Origin: Candidatus Latescibacterota bacterium
GTDB taxonomy: Bacteria; Latescibacterota; UBA2968; UBA8231
Reading direction: 5' to 3'
DNA length: 64,000 nt
Assembly (NCBI GenBank): GCA_965203175.1
Contig: OZ241867.1
Coordinates: 6,272,001 to 6,336,000, forward strand
Part shown: positions 47,501-60,714 of the stretch, piece after piece
How the letters are laid out: each line of letters begins with the position of its first letter
Position numbering within the stretch: position 1 is the stretch's first letter
Position numbers and translations under genes: made by a program
The notes under the pieces: generated by a model
Databases searched by the model: none
What the model was told of the DNA's origin: nothing
What the model saw: the letters and a program-made list of their open reading frames with translations, nothing else

Positions 47501-47970
47501 CAGGCGGCGGTGTGCCCGCCAACATCAACACCTATCTGCCCGCGCTCGGTGAACTCATCGACGAATTCAGCGGTATGCTCATAGCCCCCATTGGGATCCT
47601 CGGCCTTCTCTTTATCTGGGGGCGAATCCTGGGCAGGACAAGCCTGACTATTCTCGGCGTCTTCGTCGTTCTCATCTTCCAATCCGTCGTCTCGCCAGCC
47701 AAGGACTTCTACCACGCAGGCGTACTCCTCGCGACGAGCACTCCATTCTGGCTGATCTCGGCTTTCCTCTTTCTGAGGTATATCCGCTTCAACCTGCTCT
47801 TCTACGTTGTATTGGGCTGGAGTTCCATCCTGTTCGAGGGCATTTGGTACCTCAAATTCGATGCCCACGTATGGAAGATCAACGGCATCCTGATGATCCT
47901 CTTCGGCCTCATCCCCGTCGTGTTCGCCGTCATCTTTTGGCTCAGGGAACGAGGATCTAACTATCCATGA
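44575..47970 (+). CDS. Large membrane protein with a CPBP (CAAX/Abi) intramembrane metalloprotease domain and duplicated extracytoplasmic domains
   Basis: EEFLFR, AFLH and SHYVYN CPBP motifs; two copies of a W.xRxFKPLxKEE-containing ectodomain. Confidence 0.8.
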   Translation: MTRRDTVWILSFLISGALGLVCYVQFFDRAFPVASLNFRVDREQAYQAAEAYLHRLGYDLTEYESAQVFSHASLPQIFLERTLGLAEANRLVREWVSVWYWNIRYFKPLQKEELRVRIDPGGRIVGFTHSILESDEGTSLSEEDARHIAEAFLADVQGFSLDAYEPIEASSIDRPKRRDHTFTYRKRDFVVGDDGHYRLYVTVQGDRVGSFSEYLKIPETFSRDYREIRTRASLLAKVARGFTLALTIAMIVVLVRKYRQRTLTWRVAVFIGILVGAVSLLGSINGYPLSLFGYDTMQSYVSFILNFIFTGLLSAAVMALIVAVCGAAGGTIAQDVRDWSNPLERVSLRHWRSASFARVTLVGYGLAFAHLGYVTLFYILGNDYLGVWSPAAMTQYSNAYSTYLPWIYPLLTGLVAATMEEFLFRLVAISLLLRWFKRSWLALLVSAVVWAFLHADYPQEPIYIRGLELTIVGILFGLVFLRFGVWATIISHYVYNCFLGVYPMVQSDSLYFKVSGILAVAIISIPALPAIWSAVRGRYEDAPLEPTPEAPKTAPPPSALPAETETPEPPIERKRPSDYLISGKGLLVFSILGLLGWSAYFAFEPRNFAEYAREKVPTRVQAIEIAEGIRGQLGLDLEGYRRTTSFSSSLGSNHFTHLLRNADVARADTLAAEHTGSWRWSVRWFKPLEKEELTISVDGHGDLSYISHAVPEGQEGAELTIEEAQEVAKAFLRQHLNRDVADTTLYKRLNARSFKRENRMDHSFVWERMDVKVEEGEFRIFASVQGDRIGYAYKAYKAPEEFLRKLGEKTAKSTIVSTLPTIAVIVTLVLAVIHLLRAYRNGLVKWRLPIGIGILYGLCFLLEDLNELPTFYRGYDTSEVMGTFLLGELVSVVQGLAGAVILALLVCALGDTLYRVERPGEMRISDWIDVLRLKAGSAALWWQVVFLVACYSGIRRGTGVLSAHVHLTYLTDYLFAGGGVPANINTYLPALGELIDEFSGMLIAPIGILGLLFIWGRILGRTSLTILGVFVVLIFQSVVSPAKDFYHAGVLLATSTPFWLISAFLFLRYIRFNLLFYVVLGWSSILFEGIWYLKFDAHVWKINGILMILFGLIPVVFAVIFWLRERGSNYP

Positions 47971-48758
47971 GCCTGTACACTTATCTGCTAAAGCTCCAAC
48001 TGCTCAACGCGCTGGCCTACCGCTTCGAGTATCTGTCGTCCATTGGGCGAAATTTGTTTTTCCTCCTTGGCTCCGTCTTCCTCTGGCGCACCGCGTATCG
48101 CGGGATTGACCAAGTCGCCGGTGTCACCGAGGCGCAGATGGTCACCTACGCCGTCGTCGCCGTGCTGATGAATGCATGCTTCACGGTCAGCATCGACAAC
48201 GAGCTCTTCGGCAAGATCCGCGCAGGTGAGATCGCGCTCGATCTAATCCGGCCGATGAACCTCGTCTGGTACTGGATGACCGAAGATGTGGGGCGTTCAC
48301 TGGCGGCAGTCACGCAGTTCGCCCTGCCCCTGCTGGCCATCTCGCTCCTCTTTGTGGCTCCCCCACTGCCAGCGGGAGTGGGAGCGTGGTTGCTGTTTCT
48401 GCCGAGCTGTGCGCTGGGCTTCCTGCTGCTGTGGCTGCTTAGCGTCCTGGTGGGCATGACGGCCTTTTGGGTCACCGATTTGTGGGATGTGAGCACAGTG
48501 AAAAACAGCCTCGTCTTCGCCCTGTCGGGACGATTGGTGCCAATGTGGCTGTTCCCCGACCTCATCGCCGATGCATCGCGGTGGCTGCCCTTCCAGTATA
48601 TGTTCCAGGCACCGCTGGAGATCTACATCGGCCGCGTCTCTGCCACAGAGGTCGTCCACATCCTCTCCGTGCAGGCCATCTGGGTCGCGGTGTTCGCCCT
48701 GCTCACAAGTCTCGTCTGGACGCGCGCCCAGCGGCGGGTCTTCGTACAGGGAGGATAG
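47967..48758 (+). CDS. ABC-2 family permease (DUF990-like)
   Basis: LAYRFE, IRAGEIALDLIRP, LSGRLVPMWLFP, LPFQ, terminal VQGG. Confidence 0.85.
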   Translation: MSLYTYLLKLQLLNALAYRFEYLSSIGRNLFFLLGSVFLWRTAYRGIDQVAGVTEAQMVTYAVVAVLMNACFTVSIDNELFGKIRAGEIALDLIRPMNLVWYWMTEDVGRSLAAVTQFALPLLAISLLFVAPPLPAGVGAWLLFLPSCALGFLLLWLLSVLVGMTAFWVTDLWDVSTVKNSLVFALSGRLVPMWLFPDLIADASRWLPFQYMFQAPLEIYIGRVSATEVVHILSVQAIWVAVFALLTSLVWTRAQRRVFVQGG

Positions 48759-48765
48759 GTAGCCC

Positions 48766-49581
48766 GTGATAGCCGACGTGCGTCATCACTTGTCCGTTGC
48801 AGCCCTGTACGGCCGCCTGTCGGCGCAGCGGGCGTTGGAGTATCCCTTCTCGCTGCTGAGCATCAGCCTTGGACTAGGCTTCAACTACGTCTGGATTGGC
48901 GTCGCCCTGAAGGTGCTGGTCGACCAGTTCCAGCCGCTATCGGGATGGACTTTCCCACAGCTCGCTTTCCTGTATGGGCTGAGCCTGATGAGCCGTGGCG
49001 TCATGTCCATCCTGTCATTTCAGTCGCGGCTGATCGATCGCTTTGTCACGCGCGGCGAGTTCGACTTGATGCTTCTCAGACCCCTGGAGATCACCTTCCA
49101 CTTTTCCTGCCACCGAATCAATGTGGTCGGCCTCGTGCATCTGGGCATCGGCACGGGCTACTTCCTCTATGGGGCTCGGCTGGCTGGCTTTGTCTGGACG
49201 CCGCTGCACGTCGCCGAGGTACTCCTCGTCATTGCCGGCGGGACCCTGATCTACTGGTCCTACCTCACCCTCATCAGCTCCATCGCGTTCTGGACCATGC
49301 GCAGCCAGCCCCTCGTGGACGCCAGCATAGAACTGATGGCGCGCGGCACGTTCTACCCGCTGACCGTGTACCCGTGGCATCTGCAGGCGCTGCTGACCTT
49401 TGTGCTGCCCCTCGGCTTCATCGGGTTCTACCCCGCCTGCGACTTCCTCGGCCAGAGCGCGAACACTTCTCTGCCCCTCGATGTAGCCCTGTGGACTCCC
49501 GCTGTGGGTGCCGCGATGCTCGTCCTGGCGCTGGCCGTCTTTGCCGCCGGCCTTCGCCGCTACGAAAGTGCGGGGTCGTAG
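48766..49581 (+). CDS. ABC-2 family permease (DUF990-like)
   Basis: GEFDLMLLRP, YPLTVYP, terminal GLRRYESAGS. Confidence 0.85.
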   Translation: MIADVRHHLSVAALYGRLSAQRALEYPFSLLSISLGLGFNYVWIGVALKVLVDQFQPLSGWTFPQLAFLYGLSLMSRGVMSILSFQSRLIDRFVTRGEFDLMLLRPLEITFHFSCHRINVVGLVHLGIGTGYFLYGARLAGFVWTPLHVAEVLLVIAGGTLIYWSYLTLISSIAFWTMRSQPLVDASIELMARGTFYPLTVYPWHLQALLTFVLPLGFIGFYPACDFLGQSANTSLPLDVALWTPAVGAAMLVLALAVFAAGLRRYESAGS

Positions 49582-49584
49582 GCC

Positions 49585-50583
49585 ATGGCACATATAGAGC
49601 TAGAGAGGGTTTGCAAGACCTTCCGCGTGACCCGGAAGCAAAAGGGGCTGGCCGGTGCGGTGAAGGGCTTGTTCCGGCCCGACCGACGCGAAGTGCACGC
49701 GGTGCGCGACGTGAGCTTTGCGATTGAGCCAGGCGAGCTAGTCGGATTCATCGGCCCCAACGGCGCGGGGAAGTCGACGACGATCAAGATGCTCTCCGGC
49801 ATCCTCTATCCCACGTCTGGGCGCGTCTCCGTCGTCGGCCTCTCACCCCAGAGGCAGCGGCGGTCGGTCGTCCAGCGCATTGGTGCCGTGTTCGGCCAGC
49901 GCAGCCAGCTAAACTGGGACCTTCGCCTAGGCGAGTCCTACGAACTGTTCAAACGGATCTACCGCATTGCCGACGACGACTTCGAGCGGAGCCTAGCCGA
50001 GCTCTGCGAGGTCCTCGGCATCGAGGACCTTCTCGACACACCGGTGCGTCAGATGTCCCTGGGGCAACGCATGCGCGGGGAGCTAGCCGGTGCCATGCTG
50101 CACGAGCCAGATATCCTATTTCTCGACGAGCCTACGATGGGCATGGACATCGAAGTGAAAGCGTCGATCCGGGCCTTCATCCGAGACATCAACCTGCGCC
50201 GGCGCACCACCGTACTGCTCACCACGCACGACCTAGACGACGTGGAAGAGCTCTGCGAGCGACTCATCATCATCAACCAAGGACGCATCATCGAAGACGG
50301 GCCTCTGGCGGCGCTCATCGACTCGATCACCCCGCACCGCTATCTGATCGTCGAGTGCGATTCCGGTGCCGGAGAGCCGCTGGCTGGATTCGCCCATGCC
50401 CACGCAGAAATCCTCGAACGGCGAGACAGCGTCGTCCGCATCCGCTTTGCGCGGAGCCACGTGTCGGCGTCGGCGCTGATCTCGGAACTGTCAGCCCGCT
50501 ACCCGGTGCGCGACGTGTCCGTCCAAGAGCCCGACATCGAGGACGTGATTCGCACGGTCTACGGGCGCGACGTAGGAGGTTAG
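49585..50583 (+). CDS. ABC transporter ATP-binding protein
   Basis: GPNGAGKST, MSLGQRMR, LFLDEPT, LTTHD. Confidence 0.92.
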   Translation: MAHIELERVCKTFRVTRKQKGLAGAVKGLFRPDRREVHAVRDVSFAIEPGELVGFIGPNGAGKSTTIKMLSGILYPTSGRVSVVGLSPQRQRRSVVQRIGAVFGQRSQLNWDLRLGESYELFKRIYRIADDDFERSLAELCEVLGIEDLLDTPVRQMSLGQRMRGELAGAMLHEPDILFLDEPTMGMDIEVKASIRAFIRDINLRRRTTVLLTTHDLDDVEELCERLIIINQGRIIEDGPLAALIDSITPHRYLIVECDSGAGEPLAGFAHAHAEILERRDSVVRIRFARSHVSASALISELSARYPVRDVSVQEPDIEDVIRTVYGRDVGG

Positions 50584-50661
50584 ACGCAGTCAGCCGGTTC
50601 CAGCTGATCGCCAGCGATTCGGCGACCGGGCGCTGGAACGTCTGGTAGTTTGAGCATTCCC

Positions 50662-50691
50662 TTGACGCTGTGGCCTTTGCGCAACTATCTT
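50662..50691 (+). promoter_or_regulatory. Putative sigma70 promoter for the orphan gene
   Basis: TTGACG-N18-TATCTT, ~130 nt upstream of ATG 50821. Confidence 0.45.
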
Positions 50692-50820
50692 TTCCGCAAG
50701 CGCCCCAGGAAGGCCTTCCCGTCCGCGGTAAGGGTCCCAGATCCACCCCTTCATTCCACAATTTCGACCTTCTTTCGCCTGACTTCGCGGATTACAGGCA
50801 CGAAAACGAAAGAGGGTACT

Positions 50821-51519
50821 ATGTCTGCAAGCCTTCCTCCCAGTCCCTACCTGCAGCAAATTAGAAAACTCGCCAAGGAGTTGCTTCACCAGCACAGAGC
50901 GGGTGACCGCGAAGCTGCCGAGCGCATTCGCAGACACCATCCCCGCTATCTTCAAGCCAACTCCAACGAGGAGGGGATATTATCGCTTCAGGACGCCCAG
51001 TTGGTCATCGCTCGCGAATTCGGACAGAGAAACTGGTCGCGGCTGGTGGCGGTTGTCGAATTGATGCGACAGGTTCACCGAGCAATCATAAATACCGAAT
51101 GCATCCACGTAGTCGCCAGAGATGCCAGTCAATTGCAGGCTTTCAAAGCGCTCCTGCGACCTCACTACAACGCTGACCAGCTGAGAGTTCTGCGCCCATT
51201 TGCGCGCGGCGGCGAGGCAAAGTCCATGTTGTCCAGCGCCATTAGTCTCGTAGTGAGCGCGCCGATCCTGTTGTCAGAGTATCGAACCCTTGGACTGGCA
51301 CATCTGATGGAGCATCAGCACAAGCCGAAAGCTCCATTTCAGGTTGAATCGCATCTGGCGCGAACCCACGCCATTCTTCCAAGATCGGTTCATGGAAGAA
51401 GATCCGTTCTGCTCGGCGTTAAGGCTCGCGTCGACGAGTCTGATTTCAAGGAGGTCTTCGAGCTGAGTCCCCGGGAATTGGCCCAGCTCTACGGATCGAC
51501 GACCGTGGTGAACCTCTAA
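50821..51519 (+). CDS. Hypothetical protein with an N-terminal LPxxPxLxQxRKxAKxL...AQLVIARExG module
   Basis: GAGGG RBS; N-terminal ~80 aa resemble the module seen ahead of many bacterial ankyrin/glyoxalase-like proteins; C-terminus unrecognised; lower GC than its neighbours. Confidence 0.6.
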   Translation: MSASLPPSPYLQQIRKLAKELLHQHRAGDREAAERIRRHHPRYLQANSNEEGILSLQDAQLVIAREFGQRNWSRLVAVVELMRQVHRAIINTECIHVVARDASQLQAFKALLRPHYNADQLRVLRPFARGGEAKSMLSSAISLVVSAPILLSEYRTLGLAHLMEHQHKPKAPFQVESHLARTHAILPRSVHGRRSVLLGVKARVDESDFKEVFELSPRELAQLYGSTTVVNL

Positions 51520-51926
51520 TGGGCAGGCGTGCGGAGGCGATTGAGGGCACGTGATAGCGCCGCTTGAGCGCGCGCTACGTCGATCTCCTCTTGTCCGGCG
51601 CGCGCCTGAGCGAGGCGTTCCTCAGCGCGCTGGCGCGCAGACTCGGCCCGCTCAACGTCGATTTCCTCGATCCGTTCAGCCGTCTCAGCTAGCACCGAAA
51701 CCTGCTCGCGCCCGACCTCGACAAAACCGCCGCTGATGGCCATTTGGACCTCACTGCTGCCCTCCTCGACAAAGCGCAACCGCCCTATCTGCAACGAGGT
51801 TAAAAGCGGTACGTGTCCAGCGAGGACGCCGAAACTCCCCTCGCTACCGGGCGCTTGCAGACTGGCTACCTGACCCGAGTAGGCCACCCGCTCTGGTGTG
51901 ACAACCTCTAAGGCGAAGGCGGGCAT
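51516..51926 (-). CDS. atpC: F1 ATP synthase epsilon subunit
   Basis: LEVVTPE, GSFGVLAGHVP, SGGFVEV. Confidence 0.95.
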   Translation of the reverse strand: MPAFALEVVTPERVAYSGQVASLQAPGSEGSFGVLAGHVPLLTSLQIGRLRFVEEGSSEVQMAISGGFVEVGREQVSVLAETAERIEEIDVERAESARQRAEERLAQARAGQEEIDVARAQAALSRALNRLRTPAH

Positions 51927-51929
51927 GGA

Positions 51930-53354
<1,425 letters not shown>

Positions 53355-54209
53355 CTATTGAGCCACAGCATTGGCACCGCCGATAATGTCCATCAATTCG
53401 AGGGTTATCGAGGCCTGCCGCTCCTTGTTCATTTCGCGGGTCAGATCCTCAATCATGTCTCTGGCGTTCTTAGTGGCGTTGTCCATCGCCATCATCTGGG
53501 CGGCGAAAAAGCCCACATTTGACTCCAGCAGAGCGCGCCATACCTGGAAGTTGATCTGACGCTCAACCAAAGTGCCCAACAGGACCTCGGGCGATGGCTC
53601 GAAAGCGTACTTGGCACTCTCACCTGTTTCCTCCTCGGGCGCGATGGGCAGGAGCTGGCGGACGGTCGGCACTTGGGAAGTAACAGAGGAGTATTCGCTA
53701 TAGCAGAGCAACACCCGGTCGGTCTGGCCAGCGACAAAGCGACTCGTTAGATCCTGAGCTATATCCGCGGCGCGAACTAACTCGAGCTGGTTGAACACAT
53801 CGGCGTGATGGCGGGAGATTGAGTAGCCGCGATGGCTGAAGAAGTCCCAGCCCTTGTTCCCGATGGTGATCAACTCAGGTTGGGCGTCCCCATACTCGTC
53901 CAACTCGTCCTGAACCCGACGGCACATGTTGGTGTTAAAGGCACCGCAGAGGCCGCGATCGGAGGTTATGACCACCAGCGCAACGCGCTGGACCGGGCGA
54001 ACCGCAAAGAGCGGCTGCTCGTAGACATCGACGCTCTGGTGCAGCGCTTTCAGTACTTGGTCCAGTCGCTGGGCGTACGGCCGGGCAGCTAAAATCGCCG
54101 CCTGAGCGCGGCGCATCTTGGCCGCGGCCACCATCTGCATGGCGTTGGTGACGCGCTGGATATTGGTGATGCTAGCGACGCGCGTCCTGAGTTCGCGAAG
54201 GGTAGCCAC
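53355..54209 (-). CDS. atpG: F1 ATP synthase gamma subunit
   Basis: TNAMQMVAAAK, SDRGLCGAFN, AMDNAT, RQASITLEL. Confidence 0.96.
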   Translation of the reverse strand: MATLRELRTRVASITNIQRVTNAMQMVAAAKMRRAQAAILAARPYAQRLDQVLKALHQSVDVYEQPLFAVRPVQRVALVVITSDRGLCGAFNTNMCRRVQDELDEYGDAQPELITIGNKGWDFFSHRGYSISRHHADVFNQLELVRAADIAQDLTSRFVAGQTDRVLLCYSEYSSVTSQVPTVRQLLPIAPEEETGESAKYAFEPSPEVLLGTLVERQINFQVWRALLESNVGFFAAQMMAMDNATKNARDMIEDLTREMNKERQASITLELMDIIGGANAVAQ

Positions 54210-54212
54210 CGC

Positions 54213-55745
<1,533 letters not shown>

Positions 55746-55759
55746 AGATCCTCCTGTGA

Positions 55760-56296
55760 CTAACCGGCCAGACGCGCTTGTAGGCGCTCTAGATAGGTGT
55801 TCACGCTGCCGTCGAATACGGTGTCGCCGACGCGGACGATCGCGCCGCCCCGCAAACTGGCATCGACTTGGACATCCAAGCGCACGGTGCGACCGCTGCG
55901 GTGTTCTAAGCGCTCCCGCAGACGCTGGCACTGCTCCCCACTCAACGCCACGGCCGAGCGCACCTCAGCAGTGATTATGCCCTCGCGCTCGGCAACCTGA
56001 TCGAGAAAACTTTCGAGTGCTGCGCCGATAATAGAAGCGCGGCCCCTGACAGCCATGAGCCGGAGAAAATTCAGGGTCAGCACCTCGACCTTGCCGCTGA
56101 AGAGCTCCCGCAGGACATTGCCTTGCGCTTGGCTATCGGCTAGAGGATTGGCCAAAAACTCGGCCAACTCGCCGGACTGGCGCACGGTCTCCAAAAGCCG
56201 CTCGACATCGCGCTGCACCGCCGCAGTCGCGCCTGTTTCATCGGCGGCCTCCAGCAGCGTAGCCGCGTAGCGTCGCACTACTTCGGGTGCGTTCAT
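55760..56296 (-). CDS. atpH: ATP synthase delta subunit
   Basis: [28 protein letters not shown]. Confidence 0.93.
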   Translation of the reverse strand: MNAPEVVRRYAATLLEAADETGATAAVQRDVERLLETVRQSGELAEFLANPLADSQAQGNVLRELFSGKVEVLTLNFLRLMAVRGRASIIGAALESFLDQVAEREGIITAEVRSAVALSGEQCQRLRERLEHRSGRTVRLDVQVDASLRGGAIVRVGDTVFDGSVNTYLERLQARLAG

Positions 56297-56318
56297 TGTC
56301 CTGCTCGCGCGATGGCGT

Positions 56319-56810
56319 TCAATTGGATTCGGGAATTCTGGCTATAAAGTCGTCGACGAGGCCGCGGTTTTTCTCGTCGTCCAAATTGGCGTCGATCAGC
56401 GCACCAGCAGCTTGAACCGCGAGATTGGCCGTCTCGCGGCGCAGCTCGGCAATGGCAGCGCGCTTCTCGCTTTCGATACTGGTCCGCGCTTGGTCGAGCA
56501 TCCGCTCTGCCTCTTCCCGCGCTTGGGAGACGATTGTCTGCCGCACGTTCGCCCCAGCCTCGCGGGCTTCGGCGACGATCTGCCGCGCCTCTTCATCGGC
56601 CGCGGCGAGCTTCTGCCGGTGCTCGCGCAAGACCTCTTCGGCCTCTTGGCGCGCCTGCTCAGCCGTGGCGATCGCGTCGCTGATGCGTTGCTCGCGCTCG
56701 TCGAGAGCCGCCAAAAGGTGGGGCCAAGCGAATTTTTTGAGGACGAGCAGCACCACCAAAAAGGTGATGATCGTCCATATTATGAGCCCCACATGGGGAT
56801 CGAGTAACAT
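56319..56810 (-). CDS. atpF: F0 subunit b
   Basis: N-terminal TM, KKFAWP..LDERE, coiled coil. Confidence 0.93.
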   Translation of the reverse strand: MLLDPHVGLIIWTIITFLVVLLVLKKFAWPHLLAALDEREQRISDAIATAEQARQEAEEVLREHRQKLAAADEEARQIVAEAREAGANVRQTIVSQAREEAERMLDQARTSIESEKRAAIAELRRETANLAVQAAGALIDANLDDEKNRGLVDDFIARIPESN

Positions 56811-56820
56811 AGCGCTTGCG

Positions 56821-57920
<1,100 letters not shown>

Positions 57921-57979
57921 TTACTGCCTTGTGAAATATCCAAAAATAGGAGGGAATCTGTCGCAGTAACCAACCGAAT

Positions 57980-58008
57980 AAATTAATTAGACCGTAAATT
58001 CCTGTCAA
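57980..58008 (-). promoter_or_regulatory. Putative internal promoter upstream of atpB
   Basis: TTGACA-N17-TAATTT on the - strand in the AT-rich 104-bp gap. Confidence 0.55.
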
Positions 58009-58024
58009 CACCTCACGGGCGCTT

Positions 58025-58315
58025 CTAGGGCTTTGAACGGCCTTGTAACTTGAGTACGTAAAAGATTTCAAACGCGAGAAAAAGCAAGTACGCAGCCACT
58101 AGCGCGACGAAGTAACTTTCGGCATGGATCTTAGCCCATCTGAGCACCACTACCGACAGGACGGCCACCGCGATCAACCTCGCGATCATCCCCCCGAAGA
58201 AGGCGATCACAAAGGTTTGCATGCCCTTGCCCCAGCCCCAGCGAATCGCCGCCAGCGCGAGCGCGCCGTTGACTCCGGCGACCATCAATCCAGCGGCGAT
58301 ACTGTCCCAATTCAC
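58025..58315 (-). CDS. ATP synthase protein I-like membrane protein
   Basis: Three hydrophobic helices with GGMIARL and FEI; position before atpB. Confidence 0.65.
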   Translation of the reverse strand: MNWDSIAAGLMVAGVNGALALAAIRWGWGKGMQTFVIAFFGGMIARLIAVAVLSVVVLRWAKIHAESYFVALVAAYLLFLAFEIFYVLKLQGRSKP

Positions 58316-58554
58316 GGTCCGTCCTCCCGCTTGCGCCGCTCATCTAAATCCATCAGCGTCCGATAGAGTTTGTAAAACCCACCCCCCGCGCCGAGCAGGG
58401 TGCCCAATACGAGAAAGAGTGGCGTAGTTGCAAATTTGTCGTCGAGCCACCAACCGAGAAACACAAAGATCAGGATCGTCGCCGCGAATTGAATCCCCAG
58501 ACTGACGTAAGGGCCGATTTCCGCGTATGCCCCGGTCTTTTTTTTGGCGACCAT
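58312..58554 (-). CDS. AtpZ/AtpI family protein
   Basis: GIQFA...GWWLDDKF.T.P.F...G pattern. Confidence 0.8.
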   Translation of the reverse strand: MVAKKKTGAYAEIGPYVSLGIQFAATILIFVFLGWWLDDKFATTPLFLVLGTLLGAGGGFYKLYRTLMDLDERRKREDGP

Positions 58555-58620
58555 ATTCTCTACGAGCGAAGAAAAGCGGCGGACCACCGTCCGCCGCTAT
58601 ATCAAAGCTGCCGACAGTGC

Positions 58621-58824
58621 TCAACTCGTCTTCGACTCGGCATCCCCGCACGAGCCGGGAGCCTGACCACACTCGCACATAGGCTCGCCCAACGTATCGC
58701 GCATAGTGCCCAGCCCTCCACACGAACCTTGGAGGCGGCGATTGCTGAAGATCACGCCGACGGCCATGGCGGCCATGACCAGCCCAAACACGGCAAACGC
58801 GGCAATAAGCATGCTCATAGTCAT
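58621..58824 (-). CDS. nqrM: Na+-NQR maturation factor NqrM
   Basis: TM helix ending MAVGVIF, then GSCGGL...CEC...C (4 Cys); follows nqrF. Confidence 0.85.
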   Translation of the reverse strand: MTMSMLIAAFAVFGLVMAAMAVGVIFSNRRLQGSCGGLGTMRDTLGEPMCECGQAPGSCGDAESKTS

Positions 58825-58841
58825 CCTGCATTCCTCCCGAC

Positions 58842-60080
58842 TTAAAACTCGTCGAAGCGGATCATTTCCTCTTCAATGCCTAGATCGTCGAGCATCCCGA
58901 GCGCGGCTCCGAGCATCAGCGGCGGGCCGCACAGATAATATTCAACGTCTTCAGGGGCGGAATGATCCCTGAGGTAATGATCGTACACCACTTGGTGAAT
59001 AAAGCCCACATAGCCGTCCCAATTGTCCTCTGGCCGCGGCTCGGACATGGCGATGTGGAAGGTGAAATTGGGGAACTCCTCTTCTATTTTGCGGAAGTGG
59101 TCCTCGTAGAAGACCTCGTTGGGATTGCGCGCCCCGTACCAATAGGACACCTTGCGTCCCGTCTTGAGCGTGTGGAAGAGGTGATATAGATGCGAACGCA
59201 AAGGCGCCATGCCCGCGCCACCGCCGATATAGACCATCTCGCGGTCGGTTTCCTGAATAAAAAATTCGCCGAAAGGCCCCGAGACCGTCACCTTGTCTCC
59301 CGGCTTGCGGCTGAACACATAGGAAGAGGCAATGCCGGGTGGCACATCCTCCCAGCCACCCTTTTCGCGGTCGGGCGGCGGGGTGGCGATGCGGATGTTG
59401 AGCATGATGATGTCGCCCTCGGCCGGGTGATTGGCCATTGAATAGGCGCGGAAGACGGGTTCGGTATTGACCAACTTGAAGTCCCAGACGTTGAAGCGAT
59501 CCCAATCGGGGTGGAAGCGCTCGTCAATCCCCTCAAAGTCCTTGAACTCGCACTCGAAGGGCGGCACTTCGATCTGGATAAAGCCGCCGGGCTGGAAATC
59601 CAGCGTCTCGCCCTCGGGGAGCTTGACGACAAATTCCTTGATAAAGGTCGCCACGTTGTCGTTGGAGACAACTTCGCACTCCCACTTTTTGACCGAGAAC
59701 ACTTCGGGCGGCACTTCAATCTTCATGTCTTGCTTGACGTTGACTTGGCAAGAAAGCCGCACGCCCTCGCTCGCTTCGCGCTTGGTAATGTGGCCGGTCT
59801 CGGTCTGCAAGATATCGCCACCACCCTCGTAGATGTTCACCTTGCACTGGGCGCAGGTGCCGCCGCCGCCGCAGGCCGAAGACACGAAGACCTTGTTGTC
59901 AGCCAGCACGTTGAGCAGCTTGCCCCCTGCTGGAACAGAAAGAGCCTTGCTCTCGTCGTCGTTGATGAGGATTCGCACGTTGCCGCTGGGCACCAACCGG
60001 GAGCGGGCTACCAAGATTATAGTCACTAAGGCCAGCACTACGCCGGTGAACATGCCGACGCCGGAAATAATTTCAGTCAT
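58842..60080 (-). CDS. nqrF: Na+-translocating NADH:quinone reductase subunit F
   Basis: [38 protein letters not shown]. Confidence 0.96.
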   Translation of the reverse strand: MTEIISGVGMFTGVVLALVTIILVARSRLVPSGNVRILINDDESKALSVPAGGKLLNVLADNKVFVSSACGGGGTCAQCKVNIYEGGGDILQTETGHITKREASEGVRLSCQVNVKQDMKIEVPPEVFSVKKWECEVVSNDNVATFIKEFVVKLPEGETLDFQPGGFIQIEVPPFECEFKDFEGIDERFHPDWDRFNVWDFKLVNTEPVFRAYSMANHPAEGDIIMLNIRIATPPPDREKGGWEDVPPGIASSYVFSRKPGDKVTVSGPFGEFFIQETDREMVYIGGGAGMAPLRSHLYHLFHTLKTGRKVSYWYGARNPNEVFYEDHFRKIEEEFPNFTFHIAMSEPRPEDNWDGYVGFIHQVVYDHYLRDHSAPEDVEYYLCGPPLMLGAALGMLDDLGIEEEMIRFDEF

Positions 60081-60096
60081 AAGGTGCTCTTTTCTT

Positions 60097-60708
60097 TTAG
60101 AGCTGAATACCGGAAAAGGACATAAAAGCCAAAGACATCAGACCCACCGTAATGAAAGTGATGCCGAGGCCGCGCAGCCCTGGGGGCACGTCGCTGTACT
60201 TCATCTTCTCGCGGATGCCCGCCAGCGCGACGATAGCCAGCGCCCAGCCAAAGCCCGAGCCAAAGCCAAAGACCACGCTCTCGCCGAGGTTGTAGTCGCG
60301 CTCGACCATGAACAGCGAACCACCTAAAATCGCGCAATTGACGGTAATCAAGGGCAAGAAAATGCCCAGCGCATTGTAGAGGGCCGGCACGAACTTGTCG
60401 AGAAACATCTCGAGGATCTGCACCATGGCGGCGATGATGCCGATGTAGCTAATCAATCCCACAAAGGTCAGATCTACCCCACTCAAGCCCGCCCACGCCA
60501 AGGCGTCTTCCTTGAGCAGGTACTGGTAGATTAGGTTGTTAGCTGGAACGGTAACCGTCTGTACTACGATTACGGCAATCCCAAGCCCGAACGCCGTCTG
60601 CACCTCCTTGGAGACGGCTAGAAAAGTGCACATCCCCAAAAAGAAGGCCAGCGCCATGTTCTCGACGAACACGGACTTCATAAATATGCTTAGATAGGCT
60701 TCGACCAT
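60097..60708 (-). CDS. nqrE: Na+-NQR subunit E
   Basis: [29 protein letters not shown]. Confidence 0.96.
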   Translation of the reverse strand: MVEAYLSIFMKSVFVENMALAFFLGMCTFLAVSKEVQTAFGLGIAVIVVQTVTVPANNLIYQYLLKEDALAWAGLSGVDLTFVGLISYIGIIAAMVQILEMFLDKFVPALYNALGIFLPLITVNCAILGGSLFMVERDYNLGESVVFGFGSGFGWALAIVALAGIREKMKYSDVPPGLRGLGITFITVGLMSLAFMSFSGIQL

Positions 60709-60714
60709 GTTCGG

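Noticed and set aside
50593-50646. Imperfect inverted repeat (gttccagc...gctggaac) after the ABC ATPase gene
   Set aside because: Single copy with no U-tract; cannot be supported as a terminator or MITE.
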